From positions 155,833,164-155,892,883 of the forward strand of contig NC_068983.1 in NCBI RefSeq assembly GCF_001194135.2: a DNA stretch of 59,720 nucleotides. The letters run 5' to 3'. Positions 26,681-42,049 of this stretch are shown here, one piece after another. Every line of letters begins with the position of its first letter. Positions within the stretch are counted from its first letter, which is position 1. The notes beneath the pieces were generated by a model. It saw nothing but the letters and a program-made list of their open reading frames with translations. It made no database searches and was not told where the DNA came from. Origin of the DNA: Octopus bimaculoides. Its lineage: Eukaryota. Both the position numbers and the translations under genes were made by a program.

Positions 26681-27897
26681 CGGGGTGGTATCAAAAGGTT
26701 CCCAGCTTAGTTACATGCAATAGAATATAACTTCTTTACCTACGCTTTAACATCATCTTCGAAATAGTCACCTTGCGCAGCAATACACCGGTCCTAGCGC
26801 GTCTGCCACTTATGGAATCCAACCTGGAAGTCGTTTTCCGTAAGCGTGTCGAGGACCTTCTATGATTCGCTCTGAATCTCGACAACTGAGTTAAAACGGC
26901 AACCTCTGAGCTACATTTTCTTCTTGGGGAAGAGATGTAAGTCCATAGGTGCTAAAGCTGAAGAATAGTATGGATGTGGAGAGCTCGGTGGCAGGCTGTA
27001 TTGTCGTCGTGAAGAATCCAAAGAATCTGATCGCTTTCACCGAACGTCCTCCCTCAAACGCTTCAAAACGTCGCAATAGAGTTCTCGATTGACGGTCTAG
27101 CCCAGGTGACGATATCTACAGTAGATATCGGAAGAAAACGATGAGCATGCTCTTGATTGAGATGGGGTTCTGTCGTACCTTCTGCGGTTGTGGAGATGAA
27201 GGTCTCTTTCATTGTGACGACTGTTGCTTCGCCTCAGGGTCAGACCCGTAGACCAAACTCCCGTCACAGTGATGATCTGCAACATACAGGATGTCATCAT
27301 CGACATGTTGATGGAGATCTTGACAGACTTCGAAGGGATGTTCTTTCTGCTCAGTGGTCAGCAGACAGGGTACAATCTTGGCAGAGACACACCGCAGGTT
27401 CAATTCAGACGGTAGGATTGCTTGCATCCATACAACAGACCAACTACGTCAGCAATGTCGTTGATTGTCATTCGACGATCCCCATGCATATGCTAATAAA
27501 TTTTCTCCACATTTCTGGGGCTGACGCTCGTGGTAGGTCTCCGAGATCGCTCATCGTCTTTCAGGGATGCTCTTCCCGCTTTTGAAGCGCCCGTGCCACT
27601 TGAAACATTGCGTATGGCTTATTGCCTTGTCGCTGTAAGCTTGCCAAAACATGCTTAATGTCTCTGTAGAAGACTTCCCAACTTTAACGCAAAATTTCAC
27701 CTTGGCCATTTGTTCCTGGTTATGAAGAATCGCATACAACAACATGCACGTGATCACAAAACAGAAATTTCACAGCTTGTGAAATAAACCCATGATGTCA
27801 CTCAACACACTGCCTCATAAAGGTCACTGTTAGCTCTCATCGCGCACGCATTTTGGCATACTACCGAAGTAGTCTGTGAAGTTTTTATACTACCTCG
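26681..27897 (-). mobile_element. Full-length decayed mariner (DD34D-type) DNA transposon
   Basis: Imperfect TIRs: cggggtggtatcaaaaggttccc after TA at 26679-26680, and ...gaagtttttatactacctcg at the right end. Transposase remnants: VKFCVKVGKSSTET, CFKWHGRFKSG, DRRMTINDIA, SAKIVPCLLT, DGSLVYGSDPEAKQQS, RCIAAQGDYFE. Many stops. Confidence 0.9.
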
Positions 27898-27931
27898 AAA
27901 ACAGATGCAAATATCATTTCTACTATAGGCA

Positions 27932-28046
27932 GAAGGTTTGAAATTTTGAGGTACCTGCCTAGTCGATAACATTGACTCCAGTGACTCGTAATTAATTTAT
28001 CGACACCGAAAGGATGAAAGGCAAAGTAGACATCAGCAGAATTTGA
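27932..28046 (-). mobile_element. Same SINE family, partial
   Basis: tttatcgacaccgaaaggatgaaaggcaaagtagacatcagcagaatttga. Confidence 0.7.
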
Positions 28047-28229
28047 TTAATTTGTCAATAAAATTATTAAAATATCCATAAAATCTACAACCGTCATTCA
28101 CAAGCAAGTATGGCCTTGTAACATCTACCGCGATTTAAGCAATTGTTTGAGGGGCTTATGTAGTGGAAAGCAAAGCAGACACAGGATTGAACTCGACACT
28201 TCTTGACTTGAATCAGCGAAACAACGAAG

Positions 28230-28412
28230 ATACGACAGCTGCTGGGAGAGATTGCTACACCAGCAATCGGCTAGCGCTCGTTTGCAGTTAGGTAGATTGA
28301 AAATGTGAAATGAATTGCCTTGCTCAAGCAAGCAACAAGCCAACACGTCCAGGAATTGAATACGCGACCCAGTGACCATGAACCTAACACTCCTTACTAC
28401 TGGGCTACACAC
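28230..28412 (-). mobile_element. Diverged tRNA-derived CORE-type SINE
   Basis: Reverse complement: gtagcccagtagtaagg..attcaattcctggac..cttgagcaaggcaattcatttcac. Confidence 0.7.
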
Positions 28413-28434
28413 ACAGGCACACAGGCACACACAG

Positions 28435-28467
<33 letters not shown>

Positions 28468-29265
28468 CCTGTATCTATACATATCTATATACATATGTGT
28501 ATGTATTTGTACATAAATATGTAGATAAATGTTTGTGTGTGTGGATGTGTGTGTGAGTGTGTGTGTACTTACATATACTCAGACATATTCATATTTTTGT
28601 ATTTGTTTGTGTGTGTATTTATGCAACTTAACGGATCAATTTAGCTAAATCTCTTGCTATATCAATACACCGAAAAAATAATCTCGTTGGCTCTGATCCT
28701 ATTTTTGAGATAAACATCAATAAAACAATATCTCCCCGCATGAAGTTTCGTGAAGCGCTTAATTGATCTGAAGGTTGTCTTCTATATCAAAGGATGCATT
28801 TGATACTCAGCTTGCTAGCTTCTATTTGCCTATGCCTGTTATTGCGTTCTAGATATTGCTTTGGAAGAGACAGTAATACAAATAGAACGGAAATGAATTT
28901 TGGAACGGTTCAATATAAATGTGATATGTTTATAATCTATTGGAGAATTGGCTATTGTTAAGAAGAATATCGAGATAATTGTAGCCTGTAAATGTGCGTT
29001 CAAGTTAAACAAGTGATTTAAATTTAATATATTTAAATATTAGAAAAAAATAATTTGCATATGAAGTCGTTAGTGGACTTGTTTAGTTACATCTTAATCC
29101 TTATTTAGGATAGCTCAAAGTCTTACCAGCCATGTTTTTCCTGTGTTTAGTTTGCTTCTTGTATTTCAAAGGTAGTGCATGTATTGTAGAATGTAACAAA
29201 GGCTTGGAGATCTAGTATGCCTCCTGTGGCGATACCTATATCACGAGCATTTAGGTAAGCACTCA

Positions 29266-29302
<37 letters not shown>

Positions 29303-30019
29303 TCTCTCTCAATTTATGTACTTAGGAAATTGACGTGCAGGGTAGTGTCTAAACCTCGATGGGTGACATTACCAACTAGGGAGCACAAATATTACGATAA
29401 ACGCCTCTTTTCTGTTGAGGGATTTATTTAAAAATGTAAATGTACTCCATATAATGTGTCCTTCCATTTTTAGTTTGAAGGCAAATTGTCTGATACATGA
29501 GGAAATCTTGTAATGATTTATTAGAAAGAATTAGTTTATTTAATTTAGCACGTGAATCCTGAGTAAATACAACATAATACAGATACCGACTCGGGTAACG
29601 CAAAAGATAAAATTTACCCGACCCTGGATTTATCACAAAGGAAATTGTGTAACAATAAATAAATACTTATGTATATGAATAAATTACATGAAAAATTGAT
29701 AAACAAATATTAATAAACAAAATTAAATGTAGTAAAACCTATAGTCGGGGGTTTTATAACTGCTGCTATTATAAAGATGGTAACTATGAAGAAAAAACTA
29801 GTAAAAATAATAGTTTCTAAAATAATCAGAAGGCCAGAGGTTTGGAGAAGGATTAGGTCAATTAAATCGTCCTCAGTACTTGAGTGATATTCTATTTTGT
29901 AAACGCCGTAATGATGAAAGAGAAAACTGATCTTAGAAGTTATTAGATTCATAAGGTAAAGAGATAGAACTAATATCGCGAGAATTTTGCACAATCCTAA
30001 GTATACTGCATGAGTATGA

Positions 30020-30172
30020 ATGTGAAGTTGGCTGGCGATAGCTGGCTATGGCTGACCGGTGGAAATCAGAAACGATTAAGTAAATCGTTGAGTATGGTCA
30101 ATCAAGACAATCCATTAGACCAACTTTGATGAAGACAAATATTTATAAGACTCAGGGAGAAAGGAAATGTAG
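30020..30172 (+). mobile_element. Degenerate Dong fragment from the post-RT region (SWLWL...AAQDQ-like), lying upstream of the RT fragment
   Basis: Reads KLAGDSWLWLTGGNQKR..SLSMVNQDN, resembling the SWxWL..G.LK.ETE.L..AAQDQ block of R4/Dong. Confidence 0.6.
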
Positions 30173-30882
30173 ACTTGATCCCACTTTGTGTAGTCCTACG
30201 CAAAATCAACGTGAACTATGAGCTGAGAAACAATGAACCTCGTCTCAACCACCTTCTCTTCATGGATGACTTAAAACTGTTCGCAAAAACAGAGCCTGAA
30301 ATGGAGAGGCTGGTTGAGACTGTCCAAATGTGCAGCAAGGATATAGGGATGGAGTTCGGTATGTCGAGATGTGCGGTGCTTACTTTGAAGCAGGGGGAAA
30401 GAGTAAATTGTCGAGGCATAGAATTGCCAAACGGAAAGAGCATGAAAGACCCGGATGATAATGGATACAAATACCTTGGGATCCTGGGGCTGGACAATAT
30501 CTTGCACAAAGAAATAAAAGATAAGGTTATCACTGCATATTTCAAGCGCCTCAAACATCTCTTGAAATTAAAACTCAGCTCAATGAACCGTGTGACTGCC
30601 ATCGACATATGGGCGGTTGCTGTAGTCCGCTATAATTCACCTATCCTGCTGTAGTCCGCTGTAATTCACCCATTCTGAAAAAAAACAACTGAAAACTTTA
30701 AAAATACCCTACAAACTAGGTTTATTGCAGAAATCGACATTACCTGGAGCTGCACGCATATTACGTAAAGTAATGTCTATCTGAGGTCCTTGTTGTGACT
30801 TGACAGACAGTACAAACCTCCGGTAGGCACAATATCTTCATTCATAAAAATTAAGATATTGGATGCTGTGTGACGTCTCAGA
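30173..30882 (+). mobile_element. R4/Dong-clade non-LTR retrotransposon fragment D1: RT motifs plus thumb, joined by an internal deletion to the RLE C-terminus and 3' UTR
   Basis: ORF 30175-30654 contains LNHLLFMDDLKLFAK, DIGMEFG and GYKYLGI, typical of R4/Dong RT. From ~30680 it reads KQLKTLKIPYKLGLLQKSTLPGAARILRKVMSI*, matching the GTARILRK terminus. (AAT)n follows at 30883-30946. Confidence 0.9.
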
Positions 30883-30892
30883 TGATAATAAC

Positions 30893-30946
<54 letters not shown>

Positions 30947-30949
<3 letters not shown>

Positions 30950-31204
30950 CAATTCCTATCATAGTAGGTGCCTTAGGTATAATAAAAAAATATTCAGACA
31001 AATACATAACAAAAACACCAGGACTTACAAATATATATAACATACAGAAAATTGCACTACTGGGTACTGCACACATTCTACGCAAAACACTTTCAATACA
31101 GTAAACATAAGAGCACCACATCAAACCACAGCACATACCCAAGGCGCACAGAGCTGCGCTCGGTAGTGAAGTGAAAGCACGTTATAAAAATAAAACTACT
31201 GAAC
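30947..31204 (+). mobile_element. 5'-truncated Dong 3' end D2
   Basis: Reads TIPIIVGALGIIKKYSDKYITKTPGLTNIYNIQKIALLGTAHILRKTLSIQ* plus UTR. Flanked by (AAT)n on both sides; ~97% identical to 34344-34612. Confidence 0.9.
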
Positions 31205-31225
31205 AATAATAATAATTAAAAAATA

Positions 31226-31259
<34 letters not shown>

Positions 31260-31288
31260 GCAGGAGGAGGAGGAGGAGAACGAGGAGG

Positions 31289-31460
31289 AGGATTTCAAGT
31301 TTTGGCACAAGTCCAGCAAGTTTGGGAGAGAGGCTACCTCGACCCCTCCTGTGCTCAACTGATACTGATTTTATCGACCACGAAATGATGAAAGGCAAAA
31401 TCAACCTCGGCGGAATTTGAACTCAGAACGTAAATACGGACGAGATGCTGGTAAGCGTCT
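31289..31460 (-). mobile_element. Same SINE family, inserted within the Dong stack
   Basis: ttttggcacaagtccagcaag..tttatcgaccacgaaatgatgaaaggcaaaatcaacctcggcggaatttgaactcagaacgtaa. Confidence 0.8.
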
Positions 31461-31482
31461 AATAATAATGATAATGATAATC

Positions 31483-33179
<1,697 letters not shown>

Positions 33180-33189
33180 AATTATGACA

Positions 33190-34048
33190 ATAATAATTCA
33201 AAGCCGAAGCAACAAGCAATCAATGGCTGAGAAGCTCAGCGTTGAAAGCAGAGACTGAAGGTTTCGTATCGGTGACACAAGATAAAGGCTTTTTTACCAA
33301 AAAACTATCAAGCTAACGTTCTTCAATATGGTTCTGACCCTAAATGTAGATTCTGCGATAAATTTTATGAAACAATAACTAACACCAAATGAATACAAAA
33401 ATCGCCACAATAGGGTAGGACAGGATTTGCATTGGAAGATATGTAAACACTACAGAATCAACATTCCTACTTACTGGTATGAACATCATCCTTAGCCAGT
33501 TGTTCAATGCAAAAATGCCACTATCCTATGGGATTTTCCAGTCAACACTGACAGAACGATCCAGGCTAATGGACCTGACATAGTCATTAAAGACTGGGAA
33601 GAAAATACATGTAGACTAATAGATGTACGTGTTCTCACTGATAAATATATATCTGTAAAGGAATTTGACATATTCAGTAAATATAAAGACCTAGAAATTG
33701 AAATGCAATAAATGTTGCATCTGAAAGCGAGAACTGTTCCAGTTATTGTGGATGCTCTTGGTATGATAAGAAAGGGATGTCAGAAACATCTAGATAATAT
33801 TCCAGGAGAACCATGTCTCAGAGAAATCTAAAAGATTGTGCTGACAAGTACTGCCCACATCCTTAGAAAAACCCTAATAATTTAAATGTAGGTGTTGTAT
33901 TACATGAAGTTATTTCGCTACCACACCTGTCACTTGTTCTCCCCAAGCTTTCAGTCATACTGTAACATCTCTTATCCTTCACTCACCATAGGACGCTAGG
34001 TGTGTCTCGGTGAGTTGTTACAAACATGAAGATTAAAAGTAAATAATC
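33190..34048 (+). mobile_element. Dong fragment D4: zinc knuckle, RLE and 3' UTR
   Basis: Reads DPKCRFCDK, HWKICKHY, WYEHHP, ILWDFPVNTDRTIQANGPDIVIKD, SKYKDLEIE, STAHILRKT. (AAT)n follows at 34049-34162. Confidence 0.9.
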
Positions 34049-34069
34049 ATAATAATAATAATAATAATA

Positions 34070-34154
<85 letters not shown>

Positions 34155-34162
34155 TAATAATA

Positions 34163-34612
34163 ATACACACAGATAGAGAAATTAAGGTAAATAGACCAGA
34201 TATAGTTGTCAAAGATCATGAAGAAAAAAAAATGCTTTCTAATTGATGTATCAATACCAGCAGATGACAACGTCTCTCTAAAAGAAATGGAAAAACTTTC
34301 AAAATACAAAGACTTGGAAATAGAGATAACTCGAATGTGGAATCTAAAAACAGAAACAATTCCTATCATAGTAGGTGCCTTAGGTATAATAAAAAAATAT
34401 TCAGACAAATGCATAACAAAAACACCAGGACTTACAAATATATATATAACATACAGAAAATTGCACTACTGGGCACTGCACACATCCTACGCAAAACACT
34501 TTCAATACAGTAACCATAAGAGCACCACAGCAAACCACAGCACATACCCAAGGCTCACAGAGCTGCGCTCGGTAGTGAAGTGAAAGCACGTTATAAAAAT
34601 AAAACTACTGAA
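34163..34612 (+). mobile_element. 5'-truncated Dong 3' end D5 (RLE)
   Basis: Reads TDREIKVNRPDIVVKDHEEKKCFLIDVSIPADDNV..KLSKYKDLEIEITRMW..GTAHILRKT, with homopolymer and TA frameshifts. (AAT)n on both sides. Confidence 0.92.
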
Positions 34613-34632
34613 CAATAATAATAATAATGATA

Positions 34633-35090
34633 AACCAGAAGGTGTTACCAAGAATAATGAGAATAAGACTTTGTGAGGTTTTACAATCCAGTGTGTTTCA
34701 GTAATGGATACTCGGGGACCAGACATTGTTGTAGTTGATATGATGAAGGGCACCAAGATCACCGATATTGTCATACGTAGGAATGTCCAAGAGGATGATA
34801 AAGAATTGAAAAGACTGAGACGATCAGGCTACAAAGGTGGGCAATGAAGAGTAACTGTCAGCCTTGTAGTTGTAGGGGCACTGGGAGCTCTTGCAACTAG
34901 CTTTCAGAAATAAGTCGGTAAAATTGGAAATGACATGAGGCTAGAACATGCTCAGAAAACTGATTTATTGGGGACAGCGAGTACTTTGAGGTTGATTCTT
35001 GGATGTTACGTATTGTGAAAGAAGACTCTGTGAGACCCATAATTACAGAGTTAGCCGAAGCAAGTGAAATCGAAAGCTCTGAGAAGTGAA
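34633..35090 (+). mobile_element. Old diverged Dong 3' end D6
   Basis: Reads KPEGVTKNNEN..GPDIVVVD..VVVGALG..QKTDLLGTASTLRLIL. A degenerate AAC/CTA/GCT/GAT/GAC trinucleotide tract follows at 35090-35265. Confidence 0.75.
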
Positions 35091-35915
35091 ATGACAACAA
35101 AAACAATAACACAGATGCACACACAACAACACTAGCAACAACACTGCTACTACTACTACTACTGCTTTTGCCGCCGCTGCTACTACTGATGCTGCTGCTG
35201 CAGATGATGACGACGACGACGACGTCGATGACAATGATGATGATGATGATGACGATGATGATTTCTAACATTGGCAGGAGGTTGCACATTTTGATAGACA
35301 ACGCATAATACAAGTATTAATCCTCTTACAAGTAACTATATGAAGATTCAAATGGACGCATGCTTTAGCAAAAATATATATAAATCGCTCATTTCAAATA
35401 TCAAAACTTTTGATGCAAAAGGATTCAATCTGGTGAGAGAAATTCGTGGAGATGGATGACTAAATACTCTAATCTAATAAAAAATTGATCACGCCTGTCA
35501 AACATTCCCCAAACTCTAATTTTGTCTCGAAGTAAGAAAATATATCAACAACTCAAAAGTCTTGTAGCGAAGTAACAGAAATTTGCAAAAAGCGATCTTG
35601 TGATTGTAACGATTAGCTACTGCAGCAAAAGGCTAGTAGAGTAATGCAGTCTGAAGCAGAAGTTATATATTATCAGGGTAGGTTATATAAAAATAAAGAC
35701 TCTATTGCTGCGTACTGCATCTTTGGCTCGTAGAGTAAATAACGATTTATTAAATATAAATCATCAATAATTGTGTTATTATAGGAGTGAGGAAAAGTAC
35801 TATACGAAAATGAAAAACTCGTGTGGTTAACCACAAAACATGTATTCTGAAATCTAGGGCTATTCATATAAAAAACTAGTGAGGTTTCAAGAAATACATT
35901 AGATACATTATATAC

Positions 35916-35969
<54 letters not shown>

Positions 35970-37704
35970 AGAAAGAAAAAAGATGTTTTATTAATTACCA
36001 AGAAAGATTAGGAAACATAAGAATTTATTGTTTTCAAAACTATGCATAAAAAATGAATGGTTTTGAGGAAGTAAAGTCGCCGAAAAAAATGGAGGGAAGA
36101 TTTAATTCTTTCTAGAAGTGTGAAATGCCATACAAAATGACTTTAAATGTAGAGTATAAGATGTTTATAGATGAACTTTAATAAGGTAAATAGTGATTAA
36201 TAAGTAGAATGCAGGTGTAATCCAAGCTTTAAAATATTGATAGCTAAGGGAATCCACATAACTAGAGATAACAAGTATGAAGATAAGTTTGTATTATACC
36301 GCTGAGACAGTCAGTCATGTGTTTGAGCTGTATGAGTGGGGAGCTGACAGAAGTACAAGACAAAGTTGTATGAGAAATAGAAGACAAAATAATGGAGATT
36401 AATGAAAAGAGAAGTATATATAAAATAAAGAACCCGAACAAGAATTAACTACGTAGGTGTTATAAGTAAATAATTTCTTTCTCCATTTAATTAGAAACAT
36501 TTCTCTCTTATTCGCTTTAACTTTTCTTTCAAATTCTAATTAAACTACTGTCCGCTATTTGTTTGGATTTATTGTGTATACCTTTAACTTTTCTACCTAT
36601 ATGTAAAAAACGGGTTCAAGCTGTCTGCCTGAAGCTTTACTAGGACTTGCATCAATTGCAACCAACGTCTTATGCAGTTGGAAAGTTCGTATACGAAACA
36701 CACGCACAGTTGAAATGAACTACTATTATTATTACATATGTGTGTTGTGCTGATATAGAAATATATTAGAAAAATGATATGCTTGTGTATGTAAATCAAA
36801 ATGTTTTTCTGAGATTTGTTGAAATCATGTCACTCTAGATGCAGTGAAACTGTGATTGACCTGTTGGAAAACCTGTCGACAATGAAGGAACTGCACAAAA
36901 ACTGCTATATAAATTCAGATAAATGCTGTAAAAATAGTGAGGCGTTTGCCACTAGAATTGAAACCACTGAATCGAGATATGGTTATTCTTAATGTAAAGA
37001 CTGAAGTCGAAGCCAACTATTCTGTAACTTAAATACTGTTCGTAAAAAAATGAACTTTATGACGGCGCTGGTTCTACTACCACACAACTACGCCTTCAAT
37101 ACAATCATGAAAACAGAAAATAAATGTATATATGTGTGTGTGTGTGTGTGAGAAAGAGAGAAGGCGTGTGTGTGTGTGTGTGTACATGAGTGCGTGTGTG
37201 TATGTGTGTTTCAAAAAAGACAAGAAACACTCAAAAGATACATACATAAATTCATATTCTCGCATATAAGAGTGAAAGCTATATACATATACGCAGCCAT
37301 ACAAACGCACATTGCATAAGCGTATGTATAAGTGTGTGTGTGTTTATGTGTGCCTGTGTGTGTGTGTAAGTATATATGCACGCATGCATATTTGTATGCA
37401 TGTATGTATGTATATTCCATTTGAATTTTCCAACAATATAACTCCGATTTTTTAAGTAAGTTTAATTATCTCTTGGAATCAAACAAAATATGATAAAAAA
37501 TATATTTAATTAAAAAAAAAGTACTAAGTAAATCAAAACAAAATGGAACTGAAATTGTAGGAAGCAAAAATTCTACAGAGAGTAAACGAAATTCCCCATG
37601 TGTTACAATACATATTAATTTAAAATTCATTTATTTCAAGAACCATCCACCATCTGATAAGAATTTGTGTCTTCTTGTAGTCATGTTCTATTGTGCTCTT
37701 ACAT

Positions 37705-37723
37705 ATTATTATTATTATTATTA

Positions 37724-37755
<32 letters not shown>

Positions 37756-37805
37756 GTTATTGTTGTTGTTGTTAATGATGATGCTGTTGTTGTTGTTGTT
37801 GTTGC
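37705..37805. repeat. Compound (ATT)n to (GTT)n microsatellite
   Basis: Directly visible. Confidence 0.93.
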
Positions 37806-38131
37806 TTTTGTTGTTATACCTTTTATATTTTTGATAAATTTTCTCACTTACACCGACATGTTCTGGTGAATGCGTAAAATAGCAGTTTAGTAACCATGTT
37901 AGAACTTAATCAGAGATAAAATTGATTGAGTGATACATAAATACACTAAGATCGATATGTTGGTTTAAATTTTTCTCATCTCATCTCATCTTACTTGTCG
38001 ACATGTATTGCTTTTATTGTAATTACTATGACAGCCGACTTAAGTTTTGATATATTAGTCATGTAATGAACTACTACGTGAAACTAAAAATAAAACTAAA
38101 GCACTCTCTAAAATTTAACAATATATATGCG

Positions 38132-38218
<87 letters not shown>

Positions 38219-38680
38219 ACTCGCGCACGCAAATACAAATACACGCATACACACTCACATAAGATAGAATGAGTAAGAATTTGCGAACATACATATAAAC
38301 GAAATATCTATCCGAGAAATATTTTAAGGAATAAATATTCAGTATTAAATAAAAATATTTCTAGTCCATTATAGAAATACTAATTTAATGCACGGAATTC
38401 CGTGTATAACGTTAGATATGCACAATACTCGTTGTCTTTCAGTATTAACGTATCTAGTATGATCATCCATATGAGAAGCATAAATAAGACACAATACCAT
38501 AAAAGTAGTATAATTTCTGATTTTGTTACATGTCACTACATAGTAGGAAGTTTTTGCGTTTTTGCGTTTTACTTATGTCACTTGTGTGTTTATACATCTT
38601 GTAGCGTTTGATCTAATTCTGTGACGTTATATCGTCATACCTAGTGGAATTGGGAAATAATAATAATAATAATAATAATG

Positions 38681-38722
<42 letters not shown>

Positions 38723-40427
38723 ATGTATATATAGATGTATATAGATGTATATATACACAAACACATACATATATACATACACACATATATATATATAGGC
38801 AAAATTAACATATAAATANNNNNNNNNNNNNNNNNNNNNNNNNNNNNNNNNNNNNNNNNNNNNNNNNNNNNNNNNNNNNNNNNNNNNNNNNNNNNNNNNN
38901 NNNNNNNNNNNNNNNNNNNNNNNNNNNNNNNNNNNNNNNNNNNNNNNNNNNNNNNNNNNNNNNNNNNNNNNNNNNNNNNNNNNNNNNNNNNNNNNNNNNN
39001 NNNNNNNNNNNNNNNNNNNNNNNNNNNNNNNNNNNNNNNNNNNNNNNNNNNNNNNNNNNNNNNNNNNNNNNNNNNNNNNNNNNNNNNNNNNNNNNNNNNN
39101 NNNNNNNNNNNNNNNNNNNNNNNNNNNNNNNNNNNNNNNNNNNNNNNNNNNNNNNNNNNNNNNNNNNNNNNNNNNNNNNNNNNNNNNNNNNNNNNNNNNN
39201 NNNNNNNNNNNNNNNNNNNNNNNNNNNNNNNNNNNNNNNNNNNNNNNNNNNNNNNNNNNNNNNNNNNNNNNNNNNNNNNNNNNNNNNNNNNNNNNNNNNN
39301 NNNNNNNNNNNNNNNNNNNNNNNNNNNNNNNNNNNNNNNNNNNNNNNNNNNNNNNNNNNNNNNNNNNNNNNNNNNNNNNNNNNNNNNNNNNNNNNNNNNN
39401 NNNNNNNNNNNNNNNNNNNNNNNNNNNNNNNNNNNNNNNNNNNNNNNNNNNNNNNNNNNNNNNNNNNNNNNNNNNNNNNNNNNNNNNNNNNNNNNNNNNN
39501 NNNNNNNNNNNNNNNNNNNNNNNNNNNNNNNNNNNNNNNNNNNNNNNNNNNNNNNNNNNNNNNNNNNNNNNNNNNNNNNNNNNNNNNNNNNNNNNNNNNN
39601 NNNNNNNNNNNNNNNNNNNNNNNNNNNNNNNNNNNNNNNNNNNNNNNNNNNNNNNNNNNNNNNNNNNNNNNNNNNTCCGTGTTACTTCAAGATTTTCAGG
39701 CGCCTAACGGAGCCTGTCTCCTCTGACCGGTGGAATATTCTACCGGCTCAGGAGACATGGGCCTGCGAATCTTGAAGCAGCATGGAATCTGGATCAAACT
39801 TTTAGGAATAATACATGTAACTCTTAATAAATGTGTTCAGTGCCCTTTCCTTTCGTTTGCCTACTCGTCGCTAAGTCAGAAGGAAAGACAACGTCCATGA
39901 CACTTTTCAGGTCCTCAAGACTAGCAGGAGGAGGATATTCTGAAACAACACGAGCCTGGATCGAACACGTTCATAGAAAGGGCTCATCTAATTTGCCCAG
40001 TATGCTAGGTAGTGGTATTTGACTGCACGACAGATAAGTTTACTACCTGATACACACAATAGTGAGATTAGAATTCAGGATACATAAAACGGAATGAAAT
40101 ACTGCAGTGCGTCATGTTTGAGGGTTTACTAATATCAATATTTCCCCGTCTTTGACCACATCTTTATTTATCGTAGAAGAAAAGCAAATCTGGCTTTGGT
40201 GGTATTGAAACCTAGAATGCAAGAGCCTGGAATAAACATCAAAGGCGTATTCCTCCCGATGCTCTAACGCTTTGCCAAAATTACACAACCTGATCTGTAG
40301 GATTAAGGTCTTTTTTACGGGTCTACATATGGAAAAGCTACCGTCCATTATTAAATCTCGAAATTAGTATTAACGTATATGTATTTATTTATTCTTTGCC
40401 TTTCTCTCTCTCTTACAAACGCTTTCT

Positions 40428-40496
<69 letters not shown>

Positions 40497-40844
40497 ACAC
40501 ACACACATATATATATATATATGTTTCCATAGGAAAAGTTGATAGTAACTAGGAGGTTTCGGACTGATCTTGTCATCAACTTGAATAAATCTTCCATTTA
40601 ATACTACATTGTTTTCAAAAATAACTTCCCATAAAATCAAACACAACACACATACACGACTATGCGTGCATACACACACAACACATACATTAACGTACAC
40701 GTTCATACAATAATATTAATGATAAATATTCAAATATCATGAAGATCCAAACAGGAATGAATTTAAACTAAATCATTTGAAATTTGAAACTTTTGGTTGA
40801 TGATATGTCAACATTTTTAGATATAATACATTTTCTTTTTCGTG

Positions 40845-41090
40845 AAGGTGCTTGGCTTAATGGTTGGGAGATTCAGTGGCGCATTGTGTCTTTGAGCAAG
40901 ACACTTTATTTCATGTTGCTCCAGACCTCAAAAATGATTTGTATCTCTATTTCAAAGCGTCGGCCTTATCACATTCTGTGTCACACTGAATGTGTCTGTG
41001 GAGTGTTCAGTCACTTGCACGTTAATTTCCTGAGCAAGCTGTTCCGTTGATCAGATCAACTCGAACCCCCATCGTCGTAACCGATATAGT
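40845..41090 (+). mobile_element. CORE-type SINE sharing its 3' half with the 4289/50360 family
   Basis: CORE-like tgtgtctttgagcaagacactttatttcatgttgctccag, followed by cacttgcacgttaatttc..ccgttgatcagatcaact. Confidence 0.8.
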
Positions 41091-41218
41091 GTCAGATTCG
41101 CTTTGTTGCATTCAGATGTTATATTTTGTAAATATAATATGCTTCTTGTATGATATGTATCTACTATTATCACTCACAAGTGTATATGACTTTGTAACAC
41201 GAATCCTGCATTTTCCAG

Positions 41219-41403
41219 TTGTTTTGTGCCTACGGAATCGCGACTAGATATTGACAAACTTCCAGATCTCTCCAGCTTGAGAGTGGACCATCGAGGATGT
41301 AAAAGAGGAAGAAATATAGAACTATTATTACATTGCAATGACCGGAAACCTTTATCTGTCACTTGTTTGACTACTAATATTAGTGGAGTTAGACAATTAA
41401 TTG
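41219..41403 (+). CDS. Candidate internal coding exon of an unidentified host gene
   Basis: Acceptor cattttccag| and donor G|gtaagg. Only one plus-strand frame is open (CFVPTESRLDIDKLPDL..SGVRQLI) and it ends in phase 1. No family recognised. Confidence 0.33.
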
Positions 41404-41810
41404 GTAAGGATGTTATATACATTTGTTTATCTATATTACGAAACAGATAATGAAACGGACGCTTCAAAAAGTAATACGTGACTGGGATGTACATTGTAAT
41501 TCTACAGAAGTGATTAAAAATAAGGACGTAAAACATGCGAAGAACAATTAATTGTAATCGCAATCAAGAAGTTATAAAATAGAATTAAAACAATTATTAT
41601 ATGTAAATTAAAATGCAGAGAAAACAGTTTTAAAAAGAGAAAATTCATCATCACTGACACTCAAAAGTTTTTACAATTCTTGCGGTTTCAGTTTTAATTT
41701 TCATAAAACGATGTCAGCCTACCTATTTACGTACATACATACATTCCAATAGAATACATTATATATATATATAAACACACATATATGCACGCGCGCACGC
41801 ACACACACAC

Positions 41811-41853
<43 letters not shown>

Positions 41854-42006
41854 GGTATGTCAAATTTTCCGGGGTTTTTTGTCTTTTAACTTAATCCGGA
41901 AAATATTGTTTATGTAACGCACGTACTCCATAATTTTCTACCTACACACACGCGCGCGCACACACATACATACATACACACGCATTCTCACACACATAAA
42001 TCTGCA

Positions 42007-42007
42007 G

Positions 42008-42049
<42 letters not shown>

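Noticed and set aside
28700-28930. Mariner C-terminal remnant on the minus strand
   Set aside because: Only a faint YxLFxS-like resemblance amid stops, too weak to call.
29710-29994. Hydrophobic 94-aa ORF as a membrane protein
   Set aside because: T-rich strands give F/I/L-rich frames by composition, and no family or splice support is seen.
36820-37000. ~59-aa open frame (CSETVIDLLENL..) as an exon
   Set aside because: Donors are weak and phase-incompatible with the 41219 candidate, and no motif is recognised.
40112-40294. Kinase-like exon (IRLCNFGKA resembling DFG) after the acceptor cctacag
   Set aside because: No HRD or APE context, and the frame stops soon after. The similarity is too weak.
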